From NCBI GenBank assembly GCA_963750165.1, contig CAVVPN010000004.1:672001-736000 (forward strand): a stretch of 64,000 nt of DNA, given 5' to 3'. Made by a program: the position numbers and the translations under genes. The DNA comes from an uncultured Gemmataceae bacterium. Lineage in GTDB: Bacteria; Planctomycetota; Planctomycetia; Gemmatales; Gemmataceae. Positions 39,001 through 51,000 of the stretch are shown in pieces (the stretch's first letter is position 1; each line of letters starts with the position of its first letter). A model generated the notes under the pieces. The model had not been told where the DNA came from. It worked only from the letters and a program-made list of their open reading frames with translations, and searched no databases.

Positions 39001-42000
39001 AGAAGATCTGGCCGGTGTTGTTGAAGTCGATGGTGGCGGTGCCGCTGAAGCTCACGCCCGGGATGCCCAGCACCTGGATCGCGCCCGTCGCCACCAGCGC
39101 GTAGGTGTCGGGGTTGCCGCCGGTGCCGGGGATCTTCACCAGGCCGAACGACGCGCCCGAGAGCAGCACGCCGCGGGCGCTCGGGTTGATCGAACCGTCG
39201 CTGCGCGTCGCCGGGCCCTGGCCGAGGAAGATGCTCGCGTTCGAGACGCCGACCTGATTGTTGCTGAACGCGAAACTGCCCTCGATGGTCACGAAGCCGC
39301 CGAGGTTCAGGTTGCCCTGGCCGAAGAAGCTGAACACGTCCGCGTTCGTCGGGAAGTCAATTACCTGCTGCTGGCCGGCGACCGTCACCGTCTCGTGGAC
39401 TGGCAGGCCGGTGTTGTTGATCGTCAGGCCGATGGTCGCGCTGACGCTGAAGCCCGACGCCCCGATGCCCGCGGTGCCCGACAGCGAACCGGCCAGACCG
39501 CCGTTCTCGATCACGAAGGCGCCCTGGCCCTGCGTCACCCACGTGGACGTGCCGTTCATCACCTGCACGTTGGTGAAAGCGATGCGCGTCACCGTCGTGC
39601 CGCTGGCGTCGGTGCTCTGGTCGATGGCGACGTTGCCGCTGACCGTGAAGCCGCTGTCCGGGCCGCTGCCGCCGAACGTCAGCGACACGCCAGTCGCCTC
39701 GACGCGGACGAACGGGCCGGCCGGCAGGTTGATGACGACGCCGCTGATGCCCGGGGCGTTGATCTCCGCCGCGACCGTCTGCGGCCCCGTGTTCACTTGC
39801 AGGTGAATGCTGGCGGAGCCGGTGAAGCCCGGCAGCGTCAGCGTGGCCATCAGGCTGAAGTCCGCCGCGATGCCGGCGCTGGTGATGCGCAGGCCGCCTG
39901 TGCCACTGGTCACGGACACGATGGCCGGGCCGCCGGCCGGGCCCAGGGTCAGGCTCAGGTTCGTGACCGCGACGGCGACCACCTGGCCCGTGCTGGTCGT
40001 GCCGAGGGCGGGGTCGGGCACGTCGTTGGTCTGCTGGATGGTGAAGTTGCCGGAGAGTGTCTGCCCCAGGGCCGTCAGGCTGACGCCGGTGCCGGTGACC
40101 TGGATGAAGTTGCCCTGCGTGAAGTTGATGGTGGCCGTCGTGCCATCGACCGCGGTGAAACTCTCGTTGACCGGGCCGCTGGTGGTGTTGAAGCTGGCGG
40201 TAAAGTTGCCGGCCAGCGACAGGCCCGGCAGGGTGCTGGTCACCGTGGCGCCCGTCACCATGCCGGCGATACCGCCGCTGGAGAACACCAGGTCGATGGC
40301 GGCGATGCTGACGTTCAGCAGCTGGCTGCTGCCGTCGCCGAGGCTGAGGTTGACGTTGGACGCATGCAGCGTGGCCACGGTCGTCGGCGGGCCGGTGGCG
40401 GGGTTCGCCGTCGTCTGCTGGAAGGTGAAGTTGCCCGATAGCGTCTGGTTCATCACCGACAGCTGCACTCCGGTGCCGGCCACCTGCACGAACGGCCCGG
40501 CGGGCACGGCCACCGCCACCGGAGTGCCGTCCACCATGAAGCTGTCGTTGACCGCCGTGCTGCCGGTATTCACCTGAACCTGGAAGGTGCCGACCAGCGA
40601 CGCCTCGCCGGCGTTCAGCGCCACCGTGCCGCTCAGGGTGCCGGCCAGGCTGCTCGACGTGAGGATGAACGCACCCTGGCCGTTGGTCACGCTGACGATG
40701 GCCGGGCTGCCCAGGCTGAGCGTCACGTTGGTGGCACCGACGCGGATGATCGTCTGCTGGCTGGCGTCGGTGGTTTGCTCGAAGGTGAAGTTGCCGGTCA
40801 GCGTCTGGCCCAGCACCGTCAGGCTCAACGGATCCGCCTCGACCCGCACGAACGGCCCGGCGGGTAGGTTGACGTTGATGGTGGTGGTGCCGCCCATGCC
40901 GTTCGGCACCGTCGCCGTCTGCTGCACCGCGACGCCGGTGGTGTTGAGCGCCAGCGTGATGTTGGCCGAGCCGCTGACGCTGGTGCCGAGCTGCACCGCC
41001 AGGCTGCCGCTGACCTGGCCCGCCAGGCCCTGGGCGTTCAGCAGCACTGCGCCGCTCACGTTCGTCACCGACACCAGGCCGCCGCCAAGGACCAGGCTCA
41101 CGCCCGAGAACGCGACCGTCAGCACCTTCGCGCCGGCCGTCGTCGTGGTCTGGTCGAAGCTGATGTTGCCGGACAGCGTCTGGCCGAGGACCGTCAGGCT
41201 CATCGAGCCCGAGAAGCTGCGGGCGCCGTTGGCGACCGTGACGCTCGTGTTCGGCACCATCCAGTCGGCGCCGGTGTTGTTGAACTGCACCGTCACTGTG
41301 GCCGGCATGGTCGGCTGGCCCGGGGCGGACAGCGTGACGCCGGGGATGCCCAGCAGGTTCACGTTGCCCGAAGCGTAGACCGCGTAGTCGAAGCCGCCGG
41401 AGGCCATCGCGTCCGTGACGCGCTCGACGTTGACCGTGGCGTTGGTCAGCAGCAGGCCGCGGGCGGTCGGGTTGATGGTCGTGCCGTCCGCGAGATACGC
41501 CGGACCCTGACCGATGAAGACCGTGACGGACGTGCTGGTGACCGTCTGAGTGGTGCCGGTGCCCGTGAAGCTCAGGCTGCCCTCGATCAGGATAAAGTTG
41601 CCGATCTGCAGCACGCCGTTGGCGAGGACGAACTGGAAGAGGTTGCCCTCGGCGGCGCTGAAGACGACCGGCAGCGGCGTGCCGTTGACCGTCACCGTCT
41701 GGTTGACGGCGCCGCCGGTGGTGTTGAAGCGCACCGTCACGTCGCCGCCGATCTGGGCGCCGCCGGCCGCCACCGACACCTGACCCGACGCCACGCCGGC
41801 GATACCCGTCGTGGTCACGATGATGGCGCCCTGGCCGTTTTGCAGGCCCTGGCCGTTGACCGTCAGCGCCAGGTTGGTGACGGCGGCGCGCGTGACCATC
41901 GTCCCGTCGGCGGCCTTGCCGCGGTCGAAGACGAAGTCGCCCGTCAGCAGCTGGCCGGCCACCGTCAGGCGGGCGCCAAGGACCATCACTTGCACATACG

Positions 42001-45000
42001 GCCCGGCGGCCACGTTCACCGTCACCGGCTGGCCGGCCACCGTGATCGTCTGGTTGACCGCCTGGCTGCCGTTGTTGACCAGCACGCTAACCGTCGTGGC
42101 CGTGAGCGTGACGCCAGGGATGTTGACCGCGAGCGACCCGGAGAAGCTGCCGGCGAGGGCGCCGCTGTTCAGGATCAGGGCGCCGCTGCCGTTCGACACC
42201 GTGACCAGCGCCGTGGTGCCGTCGCCCAGCGCCAGCGTCGCGTTGCTGACCGCCACGGTGACGACACGGTTGCCGGCGGCGGTGGTTTGCGACTGCAGCA
42301 CAAAATTGCCGGTCAGGCTCTGGCCCGCCACCGTCAGCGTCAGGCCGGTGCCGGCGATCTGCAGGTATGGGCCGGCCGGCACGTTGATTGGGACCACGAC
42401 GCCGTTGACCGTCACCGAGTCGTTGACCGCCGTGCTGGTCGTGTTGATTTGCAGGGCGAAGGCACCGGCGAAGCTGACGCCCGTGCTCGGGTTGACCGCC
42501 ACATTGACGCTCGCCTGCCCGGCGATGCCGGCTGCGGTCAGGAAGAAGGTGCCGGTGCCATTGGTCAGCGTCACGAAGTTGGTGGTGCCGTCGCCCAGGC
42601 TCAGGCCGACGTTGGCGAAGCTCACCTGCACCAGCTGGGTGCCGGCGGTCGTGGTCGTCTGCTGCGCGGTGAAGTCGCCGGTCAGGGTCTGGCCCAGCAC
42701 CGACAGCGTGATGCCGGTGCCGGCCACCATCACGTACTGGCCGGCCGGCAGGTTCAGGGCGACGTTGCTGGAGCCGATGGCGATCGTCTGATCGACCGCG
42801 GCGCCGGTGGTGTTGATCGACACCTGGAAGCTGCCGCTGAAGGCGACGCCCGGCACGTTGACCGTGACCGCGCCGCTGAAGGTGCCCGCCAGGCCGCCGC
42901 TGCCCAGCACGAAGAAGCCGCTGCCGTTATCGACGCTCAGCAGGGTGTGCGTGCCGTCGCCCAGGCCGAGGTGGATGTTCGTCGCCGCGATGCTGACCTG
43001 CGAGCCGGTCTGCTCCAGGGCGAAGTTACCGGTCAGCTGGAGGTTCTGCAGGACGATCAACTGGGCGTTGGTGCCCTGCACCATCAGGTACGGGCCGGCC
43101 GGCAGGTTGACGCTCAGGGTGGTGTTGTTGAGCGTGACCTGCTCGTTGACCGCGGTGGCTGCGGTGTTGATCGACACGCTGAAGCCGGCCCCGAACTGCA
43201 CGGCCGAGCCGCCGCTGACGCTCAGGGTGCCGGTCACGGTGCCCGCGAAGCCGGCGCTGCTGGCGACGAACACGCCGCTCGCGTTCAGCAGGCTGACGGT
43301 GCCGCCGCCCAGCACCAGCGAACCGTTGGCCAGCGCCAGGGTCAGCACCTGGTTGCCCGTGGCGTCCGTCGCCTGGCTGAAGCTGAAGTCGCCGGTGAGG
43401 GTCTGGCCGAGGACGCTGAGCCGCAGGCCGGTGCCGCTGAAGCTGGCGACGTTGGCGGCGGTCGCGAAGGTCACCGGGTTGCCGGTGCCCGTGAAGGCCA
43501 TGCCCGTATTGTTGAACTGGATGGAGACGGTGCCCGCGAGCGTGACGCCGGGGACGCCGAGGAGTTGAACCTGACCGGTGGCTTGCAGGGCAAAGGTGTT
43601 GGGGCTGCCGTTGGTGCCGGCGATCTCCACCAGGCCGATGGTGCCGTTCGTCAGCAAAACGCCGCGGGCCGTCGGGTTGATGGAGTGGAACGGATCAGGT
43701 AGCTGGGGTGGGCCGCGGCCGAGGAACAGCGTCACGCCGGTGCCGCTGAAGGTCTGCTGGCCGTTGTTGTTCGTGAAGCTGACGCTGCCCTCCAGCGTCA
43801 CGAAGTTGCCGATGGTCAGGCTCACGTCGCCGGCCGACACCGCGATGAACGGCGCGGTCGTCGCCACCTCACTGCTGCCGAACTGGATCAGGATCGGTTG
43901 ACCGTTCAGGGTGATCGTCTGATTGACCGGGTTCGGCGTCGTGTTGAAGCGGACGTTGATGGTGCCGCCGGCGCTCGAGGCGCCCCTGCGGCCGCGGCGC
44001 TGATGTCGCCGGACAGTACGCCCGCGATGCCGCCGCCCGTGCCACCGAACACCACCAGGCCGCCCTGGCCGTTGGCGATCGTGAGGTTCTGGCCGCCGGA
44101 CGATGTGTTCGCGAAGACGTTGGCGGCGCCGACGCGGACGGTGCCGCTGGCGTCCTGGTCGAAGCTGAAGTCGCCGGTCAGCGTCAGACTGCTGCCAATC
44201 GCCAGCTGGGCGCCGAGGGCCGTGACACGGACGAACGGGCCGGCAGGCAGGTCGAGCGTCGTCGTGGTGCTGCCGATGGTGAACGTATCGTTGACCGGCG
44301 TGCTGGCGGTGTTGATGTCGAAGCGCACGGTGCTGACGGTGAGGGTCGCGCCCGGCAGCGTCACCGCGGCGGTGGCGGCGAAGCTGCCGGCGACGCCGAG
44401 GCTGTTGACGGTCAGGGCGCCGCTGCCGCCCGAGACCACGACCACGCCGTTGCCGATGTTCAGCGTCAGGCCGGCGACCGCGACCTGGAGTTCCCGGCGG
44501 CCATCGGAGGTGGTCAGCACCTGCAGCGTGAAACTGCCGCCCAGGGAGAGGCCGGCGGTGTTCAGCGTGGCGCCGCTGGCGCTGGTCACGGTTACCGACC
44601 GGGTGGCCGAAACGGTGTCGATGGTCACCGTGAAGCTGCCGGCGAACTGCATGCCCGGCACGTTGACCGCGACGCTGCCGGTGAAGGAGCCGGTGACACC
44701 CTGGGGCGTGATCGTCAGGCTGGCGGAGGCGATGCGCACGTCGGCCAGCGAGGCGCCGCCGGTGCCGAGTTGCAGGTCGGCGTTGGTCGCGGTCACCAGC
44801 ACGTTGTCGCCGGACTTCTGGAAGGTGAACTGATCGGCGGTCAGGCTGCTGCCGAGGATGGACAGTGTGCCCTTGGCGACCGCGACCTCGACGAACGGAC
44901 TGCCGGCGGCTGCGGCCGGGACCGAAACCGACTGGCCGGCTACCTGCAATGTCGTGGCGGTCGTGGTGGTGTTGACCAGCAGCGACACGGTGCCGGCGAG

Positions 45001-48000
45001 GGTCAGATTTGGCAGCGCCGGCCCCTGGACGGTGGCGTTGACGACGGCGGCGGCGACGCCCGCGGCGGTGAACTGCGCGGCGAACGAGGCGTTGCTGATC
45101 GACACGATGCGCTGCGTGCCGGCCTGGAGCAGGAAGTTGAGGTTGGTGCCGGACACCGCCACGCCCGTGGCGTCCTGCTGGAAGACGAACTGGTCGGCGC
45201 TGAGGGTGTTGCCGGCCACGGTCAGGGTCGCCGGGGTCGCGTCGGGGTTTTTGCCGATGACGACCTGGATGAACAGAGTGCCCGGGGCGGAGGCGGGCAC
45301 GGCCACCGTCTGGCCCGCGACGACCAGGTTGCGGGCGGTGCCGGTGTTGTTCAGCAGCAGCGACGCGGTGCCGGTCAGGCTGACGCCGAGGCTCGGGTCG
45401 GGGCCGTTGATGGTCGCGTTGAGGGCGGCGCCGACCAGGCCGCCGGAAGTCAGCAGGAAGGCGAAGTCCATGTGCTGCAGCTGCACGATGCGCGTCGCGT
45501 TGGCGTCGAGTTCAAAGCTCAGGTTTTGACCCGAGACCAGAATGCCCGTCGCGTTCTGCAGGAAGTCGATTTCGTCCGCCATTAGCGTGAAGCCGCCGAT
45601 CCGCAGGAAGCCGGAGATGACCTGCACCTGCAGCAGCGGCCCGGCCGGCAGCGTGACCGTCGCGCCCGTGGCGCCGGTGAAGGTGTGGAAGTCGGCGGTG
45701 GTGTTGATCGCCAGGGCGAAGGTGCCGCCGAGGCTAATGCCCGTGCTCGGCGCCACCGTCACCGTCGCCAGCGCCTGACCAACCAGGCCGGCCGTGGTCA
45801 ACTGGAACGTGCCGGCGGCGTTGCTGACCGTGACCAGGGCGCTGCCGCCGGCGGTCAGTGCCAGGCCGGCGTTGGCGAAGGTGATCGTCACCGTCTGCAC
45901 GCTCGCGGTGTTCTGCTGTTCAAAGGTGAAGTTACCCATCAGCGTCTGGCCCGCGACCGTCAGCACCAGGTTGGTGCCGGTGACGCGGACGAAGGTGCCG
46001 GCGGGCAGGTTCAGCGTGATGGTATCGGCACCGACCTGGAGGCTCTCGTTGACGGGGGCGCCGGTGGTGTTGAAGCTGACCGTGAAGGTGCCGCTCAGGC
46101 TGACACTGGGCACGGCACTGGCGACCGTGGCGGTCAGGCTGCCGGCCAGGCCGCCCATACTATTAATGATGAGGAAGCCCTGACCGTTCGTCACGTTCAC
46201 CAGGTTGTTGGTGCCGTCGGTCAGGCTGAAGCTGACGTTGCTGGCGGCGATGCGGATCTGCGTGTCGGTGCCGCCCGGCAGGTTCGCGGTCACCTGCTCC
46301 AGGGCGAAGTTGCCCGTCAGGGTGATGGTGTTGGTGGCGCTGAGGTGGATGGTCAGCTGGGTGCCGGTGCCGGCGATGCGCAGGTACGGCCCGGCCGGCA
46401 CGTTGACCATGACCACCGCCTGCACCTGGGCGCTGGCGTCCGTCTCGTTCTGGACCTGGCCCGAGATGGTGAGCGTCAGGACGGTGGCAGTCAGCGAGGC
46501 GACGGTGAAGGCGCTGTTGTTCTGGGCGGTGCCGGTAATCTTGATGGTGTTGCCGGCCTGGAAGCCGTCGGTGAGCCAGCTGCCGGCGCTGCGGGTGATG
46601 GTGTCGCCGGTGATCGCCGTGGCGAAGGTCAGCGCCGGACTGCCGGTCAGCTGGGCCGCGGTGGTCAGCGTCGTGGCCACGGCCGCCGGGGTGGTGTTGA
46701 TCGTCACGCCGAAGCCGCTGCCGAAGGTCACCGCGCTGGACGCGAAGTTGATCGTTCCAATCATGCTGCCGGCCAGGCCGGCGCTGGTGAACACAAAGTC
46801 GCCATTGCCGGTCAGGGTCAGCAGGTTGGACCCGCTGCCGAGGTTGGCGGCCACGTTGCTGAAGTGGACCGTCAGCACCTTGGTGCCGCTGCTGTCCGTG
46901 CCCTGACCGAACGCAAAGCCACCGGTCAACGTCTGTCCAGAAAAGCTCAGCGTGCCCGAGGTGACGCCGACGCTGGCGATGGTGATGGCGCCGGTGTTGT
47001 CGAAGGCGACCGATACGCCGCTGGCGGCGAGCGTCAGGCCAGGGATGCCGACCAGGGAAAGGTTGGCCGCCGTGGCGGTGAGGACGTAGGTGCCGGAGGT
47101 GGTGCCCTGGGTGACGCTGCCGTTCGCCCCCGTCAGCAGCAACCCCTGGGCACTCGGATTCGGGATCATGCCGCCCATGCCGTCGGGAATCGTCGACGGC
47201 CCCTGACCGACGAACAGTGTCACATTGCTGAGGGTGAAGGTGGAACCGCCACTGAAGCTGACCGTGGCCTCGATCTGAACAAAATTCCCCAGGTTGAGGC
47301 TGCCGGTGCCGACGAACGTGAAAGTGTCCGTGGCGGTTGGGAAGTTGATGGTGAACGTGCGTCCGTTCAGATTGATCGTCTGATTGACCGTCTGTCCCGT
47401 CTTGTTGAATTGCAGGCTGATCTCGGCGCCGACGGAGAAGTTGCCGGAGGCCACGCCCGCCTGGCCGGAGATGACGCCGGCGATGCCTGAACCGACGATC
47501 ACGAAGGCGCCGCTGCCCTGGGCGAGCGTCTGGCCGTTGAAGACCACCTGCAGGTTGGTAACCGCGACCCGAGTGATGGGGTTGTCGCCCGCGATCATGC
47601 TCTGGTCGAAGGCGAAGTTGCCGGTCAGTTGCGTGCCGCTGCCCGCCCCGCTGCCGAGGGTGATGCTGGCGCCCACCACCTGAACGCGGAGATACGGGCC
47701 TGCCGGCACCTGGATCGGCGTCACGACACCGGCAACCGTCACCGTCTCGTTCACCGCCACCGGGGCCGTGTTCACCTGCATCGTTACGGTACTGGCGCTC
47801 ACCATCACGCCGGGCACGTTGAAGGAGGCGGTGACCGTGAAGCTGGCGGCGACGCCCTGGCTGGTCAGCGCGAGCGAGCCGATGCCGTTCGTGATGCTGA
47901 CGTAGGTGACTGTACTGGTGCCCAGTGACAGGGCGGCGTTGCTGACTCCGAGCAGGACCAGCTGGCTGTTGTCCGCCGCGGTCGTCTGCTGCAGGGTGAA

Positions 48001-51000
48001 GTTGCCGCCGAGCGTCTGCTGCTGACCAGCCGGACCTAGTTTCAGCGCCACCCCGGTGCCGACGCTGGCGACGCTGAACGTCGGCGTCGCGGTCGTTGTG
48101 TCGATCTGTACATTGAAACTGCCGTTCAGGGCGACGTTCGGGACGTTGACCGTCACGCTGCCAGTGAAGTTGGCCATGATGCCGGCAGCCACGACGTTTA
48201 ACGTACCGCTGGCGACGCTGACATCCGCCAGGTCGTTGGTGCCGTCTGTCAGTCGCAGGGCCAGGTTCGTCGCCGTCACCTGAGCGCCGCTCGCGGACTT
48301 CGTGAAGGTGAACGAATCCGCAGTCAGGCCGTTGCCCAGGATTGTGAACGTTCCTCCACTGACATTAACGTTCAGGTACGTGCCTGGCGCCGCGGCCGGC
48401 ACGGTGATCGACTGTCCATCCACGCTCAGCGTTTGCACCACTGGCGTGGTGTTCACCAGCAGCGACACCGTCCCCGCCAGGGCCAGCCCCGGAATCGAGG
48501 GCCCCGTCAGGGTCGCATGGTTCACTGCTCCCAGGATGCCGTTCTGGCTGAACTGGAAGGTGAACGACGCATCCGTGATTTGCAAAATCCGCTGCGACCC
48601 CGCCTGCAACAGCAGACCGAGGTTCGTACCGGACACCTGTACTTCCGATCCGTTCTTCTGGAAGATGAACTGGTCGGCAGTCAGGCTGTTGCCCAGGACC
48701 GTCACACTCGCCGGTGTGGTGGTTTGCCCGGTGGTGGTCGGCCCAAGGACGACCTGCACGAAACTACCGCTGGTCGCCGCCGGCACCGGCACCGTCTGCG
48801 TGCCGATCGTGAACGTTTGACCGGTAGGCGTGGTGTTCAGGTACAGCGACGCCGTGCCGGACACGGTGATGCCGAGACTGGCGTCCGGTCCGGTCAGGAC
48901 CGCACCGAGGGCGGCGCCAGCCAACCCGGTTGGGGTTAGCAGGCCGGCGAAGCTCATTTGTTGGAGGCTCAGGATCTGCGTTGGTCCGGCGCGGGTGATG
49001 TAACCGACGTTCACGCCGGCGACAGCGATGCCGGTGCGACTTTGCTGGAAGGTGATCTCGTCCGCGGTCAACGTCTGGCCGGCGACCGTCAGCACGGCCG
49101 CCTGGGCCTGCACCTGCACCACCGGGCCGGCGGGCAGGTTCACGAGTACGGGCGATCCGTTCACTGTGAACGTCTGATCCACCGCCATGTTGGTCGCGTT
49201 GACGCCGATCTCGAAGTTGCCGGTCACGCTGACGCCGCTGCCGGTCGCGACCTGCACCGTGCCGGCGACCTCGCCCACGGCACCGCCGGTCGTCAGGATC
49301 AGCGCCCCGCTCGCCCCGGTCACGGTCACCAGCGGTGTCGCGGCGGCGGACAGCGCCAGCCCGGCGTTGGCGAAGGCAATGGTCACTGTGGCGGTGTTCG
49401 CGGTGGTGAACTGCTGGATCACAAAGTTGCCGGTGAACGTCTGTCCGGCGACCTGCAACGCGGCGTTGTTGACCTGAAGCTGGACGTAGGGGCCGGCCGG
49501 CAGGTCGATCTGCGCGGTGCCGGCCGTCAGGTTGATACCCTGATGAACGTCCGTTGAGAGTGTATTGATGGCCAGCTGGAAACTGCCCGTCAGGCTAACG
49601 CCGGTGCCGGGCGCGAAGGCCACCGTGGCGCCGGCCAGGCCGGCAATGCCGCCGCTGTTCAAAAGGAACGTACCGCTGGCGTTCGTCACCTGGACGAGGT
49701 TGCTGTGCCCATCGCCGAGGTTGACCTGCACGCCGTTGAAGGCGACGGTCACGACCTTGCTCAAATCGGCGTTGGTGTGCTGTTCAAAATTGAAGTTCCC
49801 CTGCAGCGTCTGTCCATCGACCAGTAGCGACACACTGCTGCCGGTCACGCGGACGTAGGGGCCGGCCGGCACGCTGACCGTGGCAGCGGAGTTGACGCCG
49901 AAGGCGAGCGCCGTGTTGACCGCCGCTGTCGAGGTGTTCACTGCCACCGTGAAGGTGCCGCCGAGGCTGACGCCGCTGGCGTTCAGGCCGACCGTGCCGC
50001 CCAGGCTGCCGGCAACGCCGGCGCTCGTCAGCAGCAGGGCGCCGCTGCCGTTGGTCAACGTCAACAGGTTCGCCGTCGTGCTGTCGCCCAGGTTCAGCGC
50101 CGCGTTGCCCGCGGTGACGGCAATGATGCTCTTGCCGCTGGCATCGGTGCCGGTACTGAACCCAAACGTACCACTGAGCGTCTGTCCAAGCACATTGAGA
50201 CCAAGGGTGCTCTGGAAGCTCTGCGTGCCGTTCGGCACGACCGTGGTCGGCACCAGGCTGGGGACGGTCCAGGCGGTGCCGGAGTTGTTGAACTCGACCG
50301 TCGCGCTGGCGGTCCCGGTGCCCGTCGGTCCCGTGAGGCTGACGCCGGGGATGCCCAGGAACTGCACGTTGCCGGTGGCGTAGACGGCGTACTGACCAGT
50401 CGTTGCGAACTGGTGGGCGTAGACGCTCGCCCCCGACAGCAGCACACCGCGAGCGCTCGGGTTGACCGAACCGTCCGCCTGCGTCCCCGGACCCTGACCG
50501 AGAAACACGTTCAGGTTTGTGCCGCTGAACGAACCATCACTGGCGAAGGTGACGGTGCCCTCGATGCTCACGAAGTTGCCGATCGTCACCCGGCCGGAGC
50601 CGTAGAACTCGAACAGGTCGGCGCCGGTGGTGAACTTGATTTCCAGGGTGCTTCCGTTCAGGTTGATCGTGTCATCGATCGGCGCCCCCGTCTTGTTGAA
50701 GCGCAGCCCAATAGCGGCTCCGGCCGTGAAGCCGTTGACCGCCACCGCCGCCACGCCGGACACGTAGCCGGCAATGCCTGTACTGGTGACGATCAGTGCG
50801 CCTGTACCCTGACTGAGCGATTGCCCAGCGATGGTCGCCTGCAGGTTGGCGATGGCGACGCGCGTGGTCGTGACGCCGGCGACGCTGCTCTGGTCGAAGG
50901 CGAAGTCGCCGGTGAGCTGGGTGCCGGTGCCGGCGCCGGTCGCGTTGACCGTCAGCGTGGCACCGATCACCTGCACGCGGACGAACGGGCCGGCCGGCAC

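Noticed and set aside
1065..46655. Prophage
   Set aside because: Only small phage-like modules embedded in one cellular ORF; no capsid, terminase, portal or integrase genes.
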